Position numbers and translations under genes: made by a program. The notes beneath the pieces are model-generated. The model worked only from the letters and a program-made list of their open reading frames with translations. It was not told the origin of the DNA and did no database searches. DNA of 64,000 nucleotides from Macrostomum lignano (Eukaryota): the NCBI GenBank assembly GCA_002269645.1, contig NIVC01001221.1, positions 124,001 through 188,000 on the forward strand. Reading direction: 5' to 3'. Position 1 is the first letter of the stretch. Every line of letters begins with the position of its first letter. This document shows positions 1-13,342 of the stretch, piece by piece.

Positions 1-66
1 GCAGAATGGGCGCCGTCACTGGCAGAATGGGCGCCATCACTGGCAGAATGGGCGCCATCACTGGCA
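1..66. repeat. 21-bp tandem repeat (actggcagaatgggcgccatc), truncated by the window start
   Basis: About 3 visible copies at 1-66. Confidence 0.8.
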
Positions 67-744
67 CGATCTTTGTCTATTTGCGTTTCTCATCCCCCCT
101 TATAGTTCTATCCCTGCCAGGGCTAGCTCGAGCCCCCCCCCTCTGTGTGGTCCCTGGGGCAGGGTTTGGGGGCTAGAGCCTCACCCATGGTCTTGGGGCG
201 CCTCCCCTCTACCCCGACCCTTGTGCAAAGCGCTGAGCTCCCCGTCAACTTAGTAAGGGCCAAGACCCGCTGATAAGGAAGGGGCGCCGCATAGTTTTGT
301 CAGCCGATTGGGGGGGGGGCACGGCCCCCTTGACCCCTCTGGCTAGGCCCCTGGCTGGGATACAGATGTGCTGTAGCTAGCCCAGTCTGCTATGAAAGGT
401 CTAATTTTAGATCAGCTACGATCTGTGAGCGGACACAGCAGGTATCAATAGATGTACTACTGGCAGTAAAGTGAGAGGGAAAATACAATAAAATACTTGA
501 CTATAGCTAGTTTCAAGAGATATCGCTTCCAGACCTGTTTTAATGAGTCTCCTATCACGAAATTTTCTGGCAGAAATTCCCTAATTTCCTACCGCAGGAC
601 GACAGCACATGGATATACAAAATGTCTTATTAAGAGCTGCCTTACTGAACGAAAACTATGATTCATCACTACTTTCTCTCGGTTGGACTAGAGATCTTCA
701 TGGTTTCTGGGGACAAGGGGGGCCTGCTGTCTGGGCCTGGATGC

Positions 745-955
745 TGCTGCTACTGCAGCCCGTGCTAGATCGGTATTTGCGGCCTGAGCTGAACGGTTTC
801 CGGCCCCATCGCGGCACAATGGCGTAGTCCTGGCTCTTCGCCGAGTCATCGAGGAAGAGGAAGTGTGGACCCCCCACTCGAGCCTGATTGCTCTCTTTAT
901 TGACTTGAGGAAGGCTTTTGACTCGGTCGTGAAGGCCGTGCTCCCATGGTGCTTC
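745..955 (+). mobile_element. Decayed non-LTR retrotransposon (RTE/L2-like) reverse transcriptase fragment
   Basis: Translation LQPVLDRYLRPELNGFRPHRGT, then after a stop/frameshift near 825 VLALRRVIEE...LIALFIDLRKAFDSV. This matches the LINE RT motifs QxGFRxxRST and FxDxxKAFDSV (established). Confidence 0.8.
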
Positions 956-961
956 GGGGAC

Positions 962-1358
962 AGCGACGTTTGCCTGCGGGACGTTTGCCAGCCGACGTTT
1001 GCCAGCCGACGTCTGCCAGCCGACGTTTGCCAGCCGACGTTTGCCTGCAGGACGTTTGCCTGCGGGACGTTTGCCTGTGGGACGTTTGCCAGCCGACGTT
1101 TGCCTGCGGGACGTTTGCTAGCCGACGTTTGCCTGCGGGACGTTTGCCTGCAGGACGTTTGCCTGCGGGACGTTTGCCTGTGGGACGTTTGCCAGCCGAC
1201 GTTTGCCTGCGGGACGTTTGCTAGCCGACGTTTGCCTGCGGGACGTTTGCTAGCCGACGTTTGCCTGCGGGACGTTTGCCAGCCGACGTTTGCCTGCGGG
1301 ACGTTTGCCAGCCGACGTTTGCCTGCGGGACGTTTGCTAGCCGACGTTTGCCAGCCAA
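962..1358. repeat. 14/15-bp GC-rich minisatellite (gacgtttgccagcc / gacgtttgcctgcgg)
   Basis: Direct tandem units. It explains ORFs 863..1372 and 946..1224. Confidence 0.95.
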
Positions 1359-2616
1359 CATTAAGTCAGTGAGTGAAAAATTTGATACTGAAATGTTCGC
1401 AGTTTAGCGGTTTTTTAGTCCAAGTTTTTGACGGTTGTTCGCATGTATAAAAGTTCGAAAACAAAAGCTACACAAATTATGCAGTTCATCAATCTAGCAT
1501 CTAGTTTAACAGCAATTTATTTGAATGTGAAAATATAATAAAGTTTACTTCTGACAGTTTTGTATCGCTTTTCTCCAGTTTGAGATGTTTCATTTTTGAT
1601 TTGCGAATGAAGACACGCAAATTTAAACGGGAATCTCAAGCGAGCCAAGTTTTGAGCAAATAAAAGAACTGCTGAACGATAATTCTGGCTTATATATTTC
1701 CCAGTTCATTGGGAGATCCGAAAGTAAGCGAATTAATTCCAATGCAGCTTGTCAAGTGCACGCTGTCATGGTCAAAAACTCCGTTAAACAGAGTTTGGCT
1801 TTTGAGTTAAGTATATATAGGCGAGACTAAGCAAATACCATTATGGATGTCTCAGTCTTTTCCCATTTAGCTTGTATACACTTAGCTTGTTTGGCTGCTG
1901 TGCAACACCGGACGGCCTGTCGGATTTCAACCTAACTTACAGGCACCCTACCGGCGGGGACAGGCGCGCACTCGGCTGCGATGCTGGCCACGAAATATTT
2001 CGTTGAATAAAATTACAACGAAACTACTGAGCTATCTTGTACAAGAGATGTAATGGACCATGTCAGGCAGCAAGCTACATTTACTATCAGATAAGTGCAT
2101 ACAGTCTTCTCAAGCATTGGATTGCTGAATTAAAATTTCAATATTTCGCCTTGATCATTCCCTCCTACAGGCTCACATCTGATTGCTAAAGCCATTATCG
2201 TTCTCATCACAACTGTAGCAGCGACCTCCGGATCCGTCTGAAGGCTTGCGGACGTGCAGTGCGCTCCCGACAGCTTCAGCGCCGCAGCCACCTTCTTCCT
2301 GTTCTTGGAAAACAGGGAGACTCACTGCGTCATGACGGGCTCCGAGAAAGCGCCCACAGGAGCTCTGGTGGCCCAGTTCGACTAGCTCTCCCGAACCTGA
2401 TCCGTGTTCGATTTCCAATCCGTGTGCCGAGCTCTGATCTCCGGACGTGGCTACGTTTTAGGCCGTGTTTTACCGATTTCCAATCAATCACCGATCGATC
2501 AACGCCAAGCTCAAAAACGTGTGGCTGGCGGACGGCGTGAGCAGACTGGAGAACCTGGTGTGCCAGGCTGACCGGGACACCAACCAGCTGCATACTGTGG
2601 GCGTTGTGTGGACAGT

Positions 2617-3641
<1,025 letters not shown>

Positions 3642-3829
3642 GTTAATTAAAGCTAATTATTAGTCAGCTGAATAACCGACAAAGAACCTTAAAACTCTGA
3701 CACCCCTACCTGTTAACCACGGTCACCCACACCTATCTGTTAGACACGGACAACCACATATGTTAGACACGGACAACCACATCTGTTAGACATGAACAAC
3801 CACATCTGTTAGACACGGACACCCCTATC

Positions 3830-6043
3830 CGATAATCCCGTAGCCGGCCGGACTATCCCAGCGGTAGAGGCTTAACGCGGCATCGAAGGTGGCCGCTTGA
3901 ACCGCGTACAGGGCGATGTAGGCGATGAAAAAGGCGCTCATCAGGCCGGCTATGAGGAAGCTGGCCCAGGTGGGCAGCCGGCCGCAGGTCACGGTGTAGC
4001 CAAGGGTGAGGAGGCTCAGCATCAGCACGAATGCCATCTGAGAGACCGCGTACAGCCCGTGAGCTGGAGGGGGAGAGTGCGAGGAGCGGTGGAGAGAGCT
4101 TGTATGGAGAGATTGACTGAAGAGCTGATGAGGAGGGAAGTTGGAGAGGTTGAGATAAACAGGATAAGTAGATTTGGTAGGCCTCATCAGTGAGGTGGAT
4201 AGGCTAGGAAGGGAGAGGTAGATAAATGAGGAAGAGGTAGACTAATGAGAGACAGGTAGACTAATGAGAGACAAGTAGACTAATGAGAGACAGGTAGACT
4301 AATGAGAGACAGGTAGACTAATGAGAGACAGGTAGACTAATGAGAGACAGGTAGACTAATGAGAGACAGGTAGACTAATGAGAGACAGGTAGACTAATGA
4401 GAGACAGGTAGACTAATGAGAGACAGGTAGACTAATAGAGACAGGTAGACTAATGAGAGACAGGTAGACTAATAGAGACAGGTAGACTAATGGAGACAGG
4501 TAGACTAATAGAGACAGGTAGACTAATGGAGACAGGTAGACTAATAGAGACAGGTAGACTAATGAGAGACAGGTAGACTGATGAGAGACAGGTAGACTAA
4601 TGGAGACAGGTAGACTAATAGAGACAGGTAGACTAATGAGAGACAGGTAGACTGATGAGAGACAGGTAGACTAATAGAGACAGGTAGACTAATGGAGACA
4701 GGTAGACTAATAGAGACAGGTAGACTAATGGAGACAGGTAGACTAATAGAGACAGGTAGACTAATAGAGACAGGTAGACTAATGAGAGACAGGTAGACTA
4801 ATGAGAGACAGGTAGACTAATGAGAGACAGGTAGACTAATGAGAGACGGGTAGACTAATGAGAGACGGGTAGACTAATGAGAGACAGGTAGACTAATGAG
4901 AGACAGGTAGACTAATGAGACAGGTAGACTAATGAGAGACAAGTAGACTAATGAGAGACAGGTAGACTAATGAGAGACAGGTAGACTAATGAGAGACAGG
5001 TAGACTAATGAGAGACAGGTAGACTAATGAGAGACGGGTAGACTAACGAGAGACAGGTAGACTAATGAGAGACAGGTAGACTAATGAGAGACAGGTAGAC
5101 TAATGAGAGACAGGTAGACTAATGAGAGACAGGTAGACTAATGAGAGACGGGTAGACTAATGAGAGACAGGTAGACTAATGAGACAGGTAGACTAATGAG
5201 AGACAGGTAGACTAATGAGAGACAGGTAGACTAATGAGAGACAGGTAGACTAATGAGAGACAGGTAGACTAATGAGAGACAGGTAGACTAATGAGAGACA
5301 GGTAGACTAATCAGAGACAGGTAGACTAATGAGAGACAGGTAGACTAATGAGAGACAGGTAGACTAATAGAAACAGGTAGACTAATGAGAGACAGGTAGA
5401 CTAATGAGAGACAGGTAGACTAATGAGAGACAGGTAGACTAATAGAGACAGGTAGACTAATAGAGACAGGTAGACTAATAGAGACAGGTAGACTAATAGA
5501 GACAGGTAGACTAATGAGAGACAGGTATACTATTGAGGGTTAGGTAGACTATTGAGGGTTAAATAGACTTTTTAGGGACAGGTAGACTAATGAGGGAGAG
5601 GTAGACTTGGGAGGGAGAGAGGTAGAGCAGTCAAAGAGAGAGTTAGATTGGGGAGACAGAGGGCCTTTTAACGTGCAGCAGCCTTACATGTACCAAAGAT
5701 GATGACTTCATCACTTTTAATGCCAGTGAGTTGAAAACCACAGATAGAAAAAATATTAATGCCAGTGAGTTGAAAACCACAGATAGAAAAAATAAAATCA
5801 CTGAGCCCAGGAATTTCTTGTAGGTGCTGTGAAACATCTACATGTTGTGAGTTTCTCCGAAAAAAGAATGAAGTGTCAAGTTTTGACACTTTAATTTGTG
5901 ACTTTGTCAAGCGTCAAAAAACCACAAATCTAACTTGTTTTACGAACTTACGTAAACATAAATTGCAAATATCAAAGATGAAAGTGATGAGGAGAAATAC
6001 AAGATTTAACTCTAGAATGTCAGATAGATTCTATTGCGAAATT
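3830..6043 (-). pseudogene. TMEM145: TMEM145-like (GPR180/TMEM145 family) multi-exon remnant, apparently disrupted
   Basis: Three collinear exon-like blocks: ~6043-5952 (DILELNLVFLLITFIFD, donor gtaagt), ~5858-5688 (MFHSTYKKFLGSV, donor gtaagg) and 4063-3830 ([13 protein letters not shown]...[20 protein letters not shown]). They match recalled TMEM145 segments GILETDVTFLLIF, LLHTTYKMF and LLGKGFTVTRGRI...[20 protein letters not shown]. Lesions are listed under findings. Confidence 0.7.
4245..5590. repeat. 19-bp minisatellite (gagagacaggtagactaat) in a TMEM145-like intron
   Basis: Roughly 70 tandem units with 17/18-bp deletion variants. Confidence 0.97.
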
Positions 6044-6067
6044 CTGAAAAACAATTGAAATATAAAA

Positions 6068-6934
6068 AAATCATCACCGATGCCCCAGAATCATCATTGA
6101 TGCTCAAAAACATCACCGATGCTCCAAAATCATCACCGATGCTCTAACATCATCACCAATGCTCTAACATCATCACCGATGCTCCAAAATCATCACCGAT
6201 GCTCCAAAATCATCACCGATGCTCTAACATCATCACCGATGCTCTAACATCATCACCAATGCTCTAACATCATCACCAATGCTCTAACATCATCACCAAT
6301 GCTCTAACATCATCACCGATGCTCCAAAATCATCACTGATGCTCTAACATCATCACCAATGCTCTAAAATCATCGCCGATGCTCTAACATCATCACCGAT
6401 GCTCTAACATCATCACCAATGCTCTAACATCATCACCGATGCTCTAACATCATCACCAATGCTCTAAAATCATCGCCGATGCTCTAACATCATCACCGAT
6501 GCTCTAACATCATCACCAATGCTCTAACATCATCACCGATGCTCTAACATCATCACCGATGCTCTAACATCATCACCAATGCTCTAACATCATCGCCGAT
6601 GCTCTAACATCATCACCGATGCTCTAACATCATCACCAATGCTCTAACATCATCACCAATGCTCTAACATCATCACCAATGCTCTAACATCATCACCGAT
6701 GCTCCAAAATCATCACTGATGCTCTAACATCATCACCAATGCTCTAACATCATCACCGATGCTCCATAACTATCACCGATGCTCTATCATAATCATCACC
6801 GATGCTCTAACATCATCACCAATGCTCTAACATCATCACCAATGCTCTAACATCATCACCGATGCTCCAAAATCATCACCGATGCTCAAAAATCATCACC
6901 GATGCTCCATCAAAAACATCACCAATGCTCTAAC
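6068..6934. repeat. 20-bp minisatellite (atcatcaccgatgctctaac), left part
   Basis: Direct tandem units. The same array resumes at 11984. Confidence 0.97.
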
Positions 6935-6944
6935 GGGTCCACCC

Positions 6945-8035
6945 CAACTGCCAGCCGGAAAACTGCCAGCCGACAACTGCCAGCCGGAAAACTGCCAGCC
7001 GACAATTGCCAGCCGAAAACTGCCAGCCAAAAACTGCCAGCCGGAAAACTGCCAGCCGACAACTGCCAGCCGGAAAACTGCCAGCCGACAATTGCCAGCC
7101 GAAAACTGCCAGCCAAAAACTGCCAGCCGGAAAACTGCCAGCCGACAACTGCCAGCCGAGAAAACTGCCAGCCGGAAAACTGCCAGCCGACAACTGCCAG
7201 TCGACAATTGCCAGCTGACAACTGCCAGCCGACAACTGCCAGCCGGAAAACTGCCAGCCGACAACTGCCAGCCGACAACTGCCAGTCGACAATTGCCAGC
7301 CGACAACTGCCAGCCGGATAACTGCCAGCCGACAACTGCCAGCCGACAACTGCCAGTCGACAATTGCCAGCCGACAACTGCCAACCGACAACTGTTAGCC
7401 GGAAAACTGCCAGCCGACAACTGCCAGCCGGAAAACTGCCAGCCGACAATTGCCAGCCGAAAACTGCCAGCCAAAAACTGCCAGCCGGAAAACTGCCAGC
7501 CGACAACTGCCAGCCAAAAACTGCCAGCCGGAAAACTGCCAGCCGACAACTGCCAGCCGGAAAACTGCCAGCCGACAATTGCCAGCCGAAAACTGCCAGC
7601 CAAAAACTGCCAGCCGGAAAACTGCCAGCCGACAACTGCCAGCCGAGAAAACTGCCAGCCGGAAAACTGCCAGCCGACAACTGCCAGTCGACAATTGCCA
7701 GCCGACAACTGCCAGCCGACAACTGCCAGCCGGAAAACTGCCAGCCGACAATTGCCAGCCGAAAACTGCCAGCCAAAAACTGCCAGCCGGAAAACTGCCA
7801 GCCGACAACTGCCAGCCGAGAAAACTGCCAGCCGGAAAACTGCCAGCCGACAACTGCCAGTCGACAATTGCCAGCCGACAACTGCCAGCCGACAACTGCC
7901 AGCCGGAAAACTGCCAGCCGACAACTGCCAGCCGACAACTGCCAGTCGACAACTGCCAGCCGAGAAAACTGCCAGCCGACAACTGCCAGCCGAGAAAACT
8001 GCCAGCCGGAAAACTGCCAGCCGGACAAGTGCCAG
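6945..8035 (+). repeat. 14/15-bp tandem array (ctgccagccgacaa / ctgccagccggaaaa) forming the left TIR
   Basis: Direct reading. It is the source of the many overlapping repeat ORFs at 6882-8330. Confidence 0.95.
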
Positions 8036-8084
8036 CTGGAGTACCACTAATATTAATGCAGACAGCTGTAAAAAATATAGCTCG

Positions 8085-8270
8085 GACTACGTCATCCGTG
8101 CCGAAAGCTACTGCCCCCACCTGTCCATGACGTCCTGCTCACCATGCAGGGCCTGTTCAGGCGGGACCAGGCTCAAACTCAGCGATATGTGGACTCACTG
8201 GACTGCCTGCTGTGCGACGCCAATGCGCTGGACACCGCCGGCGGGTGGACTTCGTTCTCTTGCTAGCCCT
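8085..8270 (+). mobile_element. 3' end fragment of an RTE-like LINE ORF inside the Foldback spacer
   Basis: DYVIRAESYCP, frameshift, then VHDVLLTMQGLFRRDQAQTQRYVDSLD. This resembles the RTE C-terminal pattern GHVxR...VL...G.RxRGRPxxRWxD. Confidence 0.55.
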
Positions 8271-8805
8271 GCCCCTATTTCTGTAACTCTTGGGCTAGGT
8301 TGCCATTGCATTGTTACAGAAATCAGTTAGCCTAGCTAAAAGTTGTTTTGTTTTATCGCCAACAAAAGTTTGTTTACAAGCTTGTGCGGCATGTGCGCGA
8401 ATCAGAGCTAGCAACTTTCGGCTCCTGCACAAACATCTTGGTTCAAATTTTGTATTTTAGGTAGCCTTTGCTCTTTCTTTGAAAGCTTTGTTTAAGTAAA
8501 GTAATTTAATAGACTTTTCTAGGATTGCGTCATATAACAATCGCAATAGCAAATTAAATAATAAAGTAAATGAACTTTCAATACAAAAATATTTACAATA
8601 GGCATTACAGAATGCCTTCTTCTTCACATATATACTTCTAATTGAAATCTGAAAAAATTAGGGAAGGGAAGAGCGACATTTAATGCTACCCCACAAGCCT
8701 TTTGCTAGCCAAACAGTTTCGTGCTTTTTACTTAGCTAAGTAGGCTACAGTAGATTCAATCAGCTAGAACTTGTCGGCTGGCAGTTTTCCGGCTGGCAGT
8801 TTTTC

Positions 8806-11551
8806 CCCGCTGCAAAATATGGTTGTTTCTTTGGCTGATTCCAAGCGGAAACACCGATGTTTCCACGCACAAATCCCGCCCACACACAAAACCCTCCCAA
8901 TGAGACGATTCTAGGTGCAAGAAACTGCCAAAAAACCCGCCCAGTAAGAAACCACCCAAAAAACCACCAAGAGAAGAGTTTCCAACCGAAAAAACCACCG
9001 AACACTTGGCGGTTTCTTTCAGAGATTCCAGCCATGTTGAAAATTGGAATCAACGAAGGAACCCGCCAAAAACTTTGGCGGGTTCTCACAAAGCTTTGGA
9101 TGATTCCTGCAGAATCCACCATTTACTCTCTTTCAGGAAACCGCTAAGAGAATCGAATTTCATTTCATTTTTAGAGGCCATTCATTTGCTTGAAATGTTT
9201 ATATGAAATATATGCTTATATGAAATAAATGCTTAGCTATATGAAATATATTTAGCAACTATGATTCAACTACATTTTCTTACTGTACTGCTTATCAAAA
9301 GTTGTACTTCTTTTCCTCCATTTATTTATGCTGCACAATTGAGACAACCTTTAGGCTCATTTTCGTTATTTTTGTAATGAAATTAATCTTTACTGATGAC
9401 CAGTTTGCAAGCAAGTTACTCCATACCATATAGTCAATTTTAGGCGTAGTTTCTCGACTTGTTTTTTTATTCTGGCTGATGTAATGCAGTACATTTACAC
9501 GTCATAGATGGTCCCCAAAAATTTCAGCTAAATGAGCGACCGAGTGCCGAGTTGGTTCGTTTTGTAATTCGAAAATTTTTTGAATAAAAAGCATGCAAAG
9601 TAAACTTTAAACACGAATTCATTAAACTACATGTTGACTTTTCCCGGCAGATCCTCGTCAAAAAACTCCATCGGTTATTCCATCCGAAGATTTCATACAT
9701 TCACTGTGAGAGGAGAGAAGTGAGAGGAGAGGGAAGAGAGGAAGGAGAGAGTAAAGAGGGGCGAGAGAAGCGGGAGGAGAGAGTAGAGGTGAGAAGAGGG
9801 AGAGATGAAATGAGAGGAGAGAGTAGATAGGAGAAAGTAGAGAAGTGATAGAGGAGAGTAGAAGTGGGAGAGTAGAGAGATGAGAGAGGAGACAGGAGAG
9901 ATTATAGAGTGGAGATAAGCGAGCAGAGAGAAGAGATGAAAGAGAGATAGAGATGGAGAGAGATGGAGCTATGAAAGAGGAGAAAGGAAAGAAGAGAGAG
10001 CAGAGACGAAATATGTGAGAGTAGACAGAACAGAGGAGATAGAAGAGAAATATGTGAGAGTAGACAGAACAGAGGAGATAGAAGAGAAATATGTGAGAGT
10101 AGACAGAACAGAGGAGATAGAAGAGAAATATGTGAGAGTAGACAGAACAGAGGAGATAGAAGAGAAATATGTGAGAGTAGACAGAACAGAGGAGATAGAA
10201 GAGAAATATGTGAGAGTAGACAGAACAGAGGAGATAGAAGAGAAATATGTGAGAGTAGACAGAACAGAGGAGATAGAAGAGAAATATGTGAGAGTAGACA
10301 GAACAGAGGAGATAGAAGAGAAATATGTGAGAGTAGACAGAACAGAGGAGATAGAAGAGAAATATGTGAGAGTAGACAGAACAGAGGAGATAGAAGAGAA
10401 ATATGTGAGAGCAGACAGAACAGAGGAGATAGAAGAGAAATATGTGAGAGTAGACAGAACAGAGGAGATAGAAGAGAAATATGTGAGAGTAGACAGAACA
10501 GAGGAGATAGAAGAGAAATATGTGAGAGTAGACAGAACAGAGGAGATACGCTCGTAGAAGAGAAATATGTGAGAGTAGACAGAACAGAGGAGATAGAAGA
10601 GAAATATGTGAGAGTAGACAGAACAGAGGAGATAGAAGAGAAATATGTGAGAGCAGACAGAACAGAGGAGATAGAAGAGAAATATGTGAGAGCAGACAGA
10701 ACAGAGGAGATAGAAGAGAAATATGTGAGAGTAGACAGAACAGAGGAGATAGAAGAGAAATATGTGAGAGCAGACAGAACAGAGGAGATAGAAAAGAAAT
10801 ATGTGAGAGTAGACAGAACAGAGGAGATAGAAGAGAAATATGTGAGAGCAGAAAGGAGAGGCAATGGGAGAGAGAAGTGGAGTGAGGAGAGAGGATACAA
10901 GAAGAAGTAGAATCGAGAGGATGTATTGCATTATGGATGTAGTGTTGACTATGTATTGCATTTACGCACGAGTTTTTTTATGCCATCTGCTATAATCACA
11001 TGTTACGTTCCCTTTTTTACAACTTTGGTTTGGTCCACTAAAAATATAATATACTATTTTAATAATACAAAGTGCACTATATTTTTGGCTTTAGCCTTGG
11101 AAAATGTGAACTCATGTTTTTTTACTGTTTGCACTTATTTGGATCATATTAAATGCTTCAGGCTACCCTTGACTGTTGTAGTCTTTGTAATCAATGATTA
11201 TTGAAGTAGGTGTTTATTACAGATAAAGTACACTTCTATGTTACTCGTATTTTAACAATAAATTTCAACATTAACATGCATATTAAAATAGGGTTAACGC
11301 GATAATTGTGCTCTACATAGGATCCGCAGAATAATTAGATTTCAATCAGTAGCTTCTTCGGCAGTTTCTGAAAAGAAATCCACCCAGGAAACATCCAAGT
11401 GTTGGGTGGGTTATTTGGCGGATTCCGCACATTTTATGCGTTACATCCAGCCGATTGTCGGCAGTTTCCTCTACACTACAGAGGTAGGCCTTCTTTGGCT
11501 GGTTTTCGCAGTAAAATTCCCGCCCAAAAAACCGCCATATTTTGCAGAGGG
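8806..11551. mobile_element. Nested non-autonomous TIR element with CCC termini (CMC/EnSpm-like), inserted in the right TIR array
   Basis: cccgctgcaaaatatgg at 8806 versus the reverse complement of ccatattttgcagaggg ending at 11551 (16/17 match). The inverted 15-mer array is continuous on both sides. Subterminal regions 8810-9150 and 11350-11550 share a similar degenerate motif composition. Confidence 0.6.
10010..10850. repeat. 39-bp purine-rich minisatellite (agagtagacagaacagaggagatagaagagaaatatgtg)
   Basis: About 21 near-identical units, preceded by a degenerate GA-rich tract at 9705-10000. Confidence 0.97.
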
Positions 11552-11970
11552 CCGGCTGGCAGTTTTCCGGCTGGCAGTTTTCTCGGCTGGCAGTTGTCGG
11601 CTGGCAGTTTTCCGGCTGGCAGTTTTCCGGCTGGCAGTTTTCTCGGCTGGCAGTTTTCTCGGCTGGCATGCAATTGTCGGCTGGCAGTTTTCCGGCTGGC
11701 AGTTTTCCGGCTGGCAGTTTTCTCGGCTGGCATGCAATTGTCGGCTGGCAGTTTTCCGGCTGGCAGTTTTCCGGCTGGCAGTTTTCTCGGCTGGCAGTTT
11801 TCTCGGCTGGCATGCAATTGTCGGCTGGCAGTTGTCGGCTGGCAGTTTTCCGGCTGGCAGTTTTCCGGCTGGCAGTTTTCTCGGCTGGCAGTTTTCTCGG
11901 CTGGCAGTTTTCTCGGCTGGCATGCAATTGTCGGCCGGCAGTTGTCGGCTGGCAGTTTTCCGGCTGGCAG
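11552..11970 (-). repeat. Inverted 14/15-bp array forming the right TIR
   Basis: ggctggcagttttcc units, the reverse complement of the 6945-8035 array. Confidence 0.95.
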
Positions 11971-11983
11971 TTGGGGTGCTCCC

Positions 11984-12678
11984 TGCTCTAACATCATCAC
12001 CAATGCTCTGAAATCACCACCAATGCTCCAAAACCATCAACGATGCTCCAAAATCATCACCGATGCTCCATCAAAATCATCACCGATGCTCCAAAATCAT
12101 CACCAAAGCTCCAAAATCATCACTGATGCTCTATAATCATCTCCGACGCTCCACAATCATCACCGATGCTCCATCAAAATCATCACCGATGCTCCACAAT
12201 CATCACCGATGCTCCATCAAAATCATCACTGATGCTCCAAAATTATCACCGAAGCTCCAAAATCATCACCGAAGCTCCAAAATCATCACTGATGCTCCAC
12301 AATCATCACTGATGCTCTATAATCATCTCCGACGCTCCACAATCATCACTGATGCTTCACAATCATCACTGATGCTCCACAATCATCACTGATGCTCCAC
12401 AATCATCACTGATGCTCCACAATCATCACTGATGCTCCAAAAGCATCACCTATGCTCTAACATCATCACCGATGCTCCATCAAAATCATCACCGATGCTC
12501 CAAAATCATCACCGAAGCTCCAAAATCATCACTGATGCTCCACAATCATCACCGATGCTCTATACACATCACTGATGCTCTATAATCATCTCGGATGCTC
12601 CAAATCATCACTGATGCTCCACAATCATTATCGATGCTCGACAATCATCACCGATGCTCCAAAATCATCACCGATGCA
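11984..12678. repeat. 20-bp minisatellite, right part (more degenerate)
   Basis: aaaatcatcaccgatgctcc units, same family and orientation as 6068-6934. Confidence 0.93.
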
Positions 12679-13342
12679 CTTCGTTTTGAATTTGGGCTTC
12701 TTATTCTCAGCTGCTTGCGAAGCTGTGTTCTGGCTCATGCCATGCGAATGATAAAGCTAAAGGGGTTGCCCTCGCTGGCTCGGGACTTAATGTCTGCCAT
12801 GTATATTTGGTCCATAGACTAAATACCAAGTGCAAGAGATTGCCTTATCTAAAAGGCTCATGAACAACATTGCTGCAGTATTGCACCAAGGACTACTTGA
12901 GTTGTCTTTGTTTTGCACATTTATACATGTCCGTCTACAGCTTGTTAAATCAATTTCAAGTAAAACTTCACCTAAACGAGTGTTTGGATTGCGATGAACG
13001 ATTTTTTGTCAAATTTTTATTGAATATCTGATAAAAGCGTACGTATGAATGTGCTGTAACAGTGTAGATAGCTTCAGATGCAGCTCAATTAAAATTAACT
13101 GCGATCGGAATAGTCTTTTCACGTCGAGGAATTAATTGTGTCAGTTTGAACTTATTATAATAGTTCTAACTCTTCAGTTTTGAAACAGGAATTTAAAAAA
13201 CTACCTTTGGAATGATTTTTTTAAGAAATAAAGCCATTAAAAAGATCAAAGAGAGAAAAACAAAAACACATATAAAGATTTTCTTTGTGCCGTCATGCCA
13301 ACAACATCGCACCCGCAGCTCCGGCTCCGCTACGAACACAAT

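Larger units (their letters stand above)
6935..11983. mobile_element. Non-autonomous Foldback/MULE-like DNA element with TIRs made of tandem repeats and a 9-bp TSD (tgctctaac)
   Basis: Left end gggtccaccccaactgccagccggaaaactgccagccgacaac matches the reverse complement of the right end, gggagcaccccaactgccagccggaaaactgccagccgacaac. tgctctaac sits at both 6926-6934 and 11984-11992. The inner TIR ends also mirror (gacaagtgccagctg near 8025-8039; cagctagaacttgtc at 8761-8775). No transposase seen. Confidence 0.8.

Noticed and set aside
6882-8330. Multiple long overlapping ORFs (up to 482 aa) on both strands
   Set aside because: They are translations of a stop-free 14/15-bp tandem array open in several frames at once.
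9902-10961. ORFs with RVDRTEEIEEKYV or hydrophobic repeats
   Set aside because: The unit of 39 bp is a multiple of 3, so ORFs arise trivially. The array also lies inside a non-autonomous transposon.
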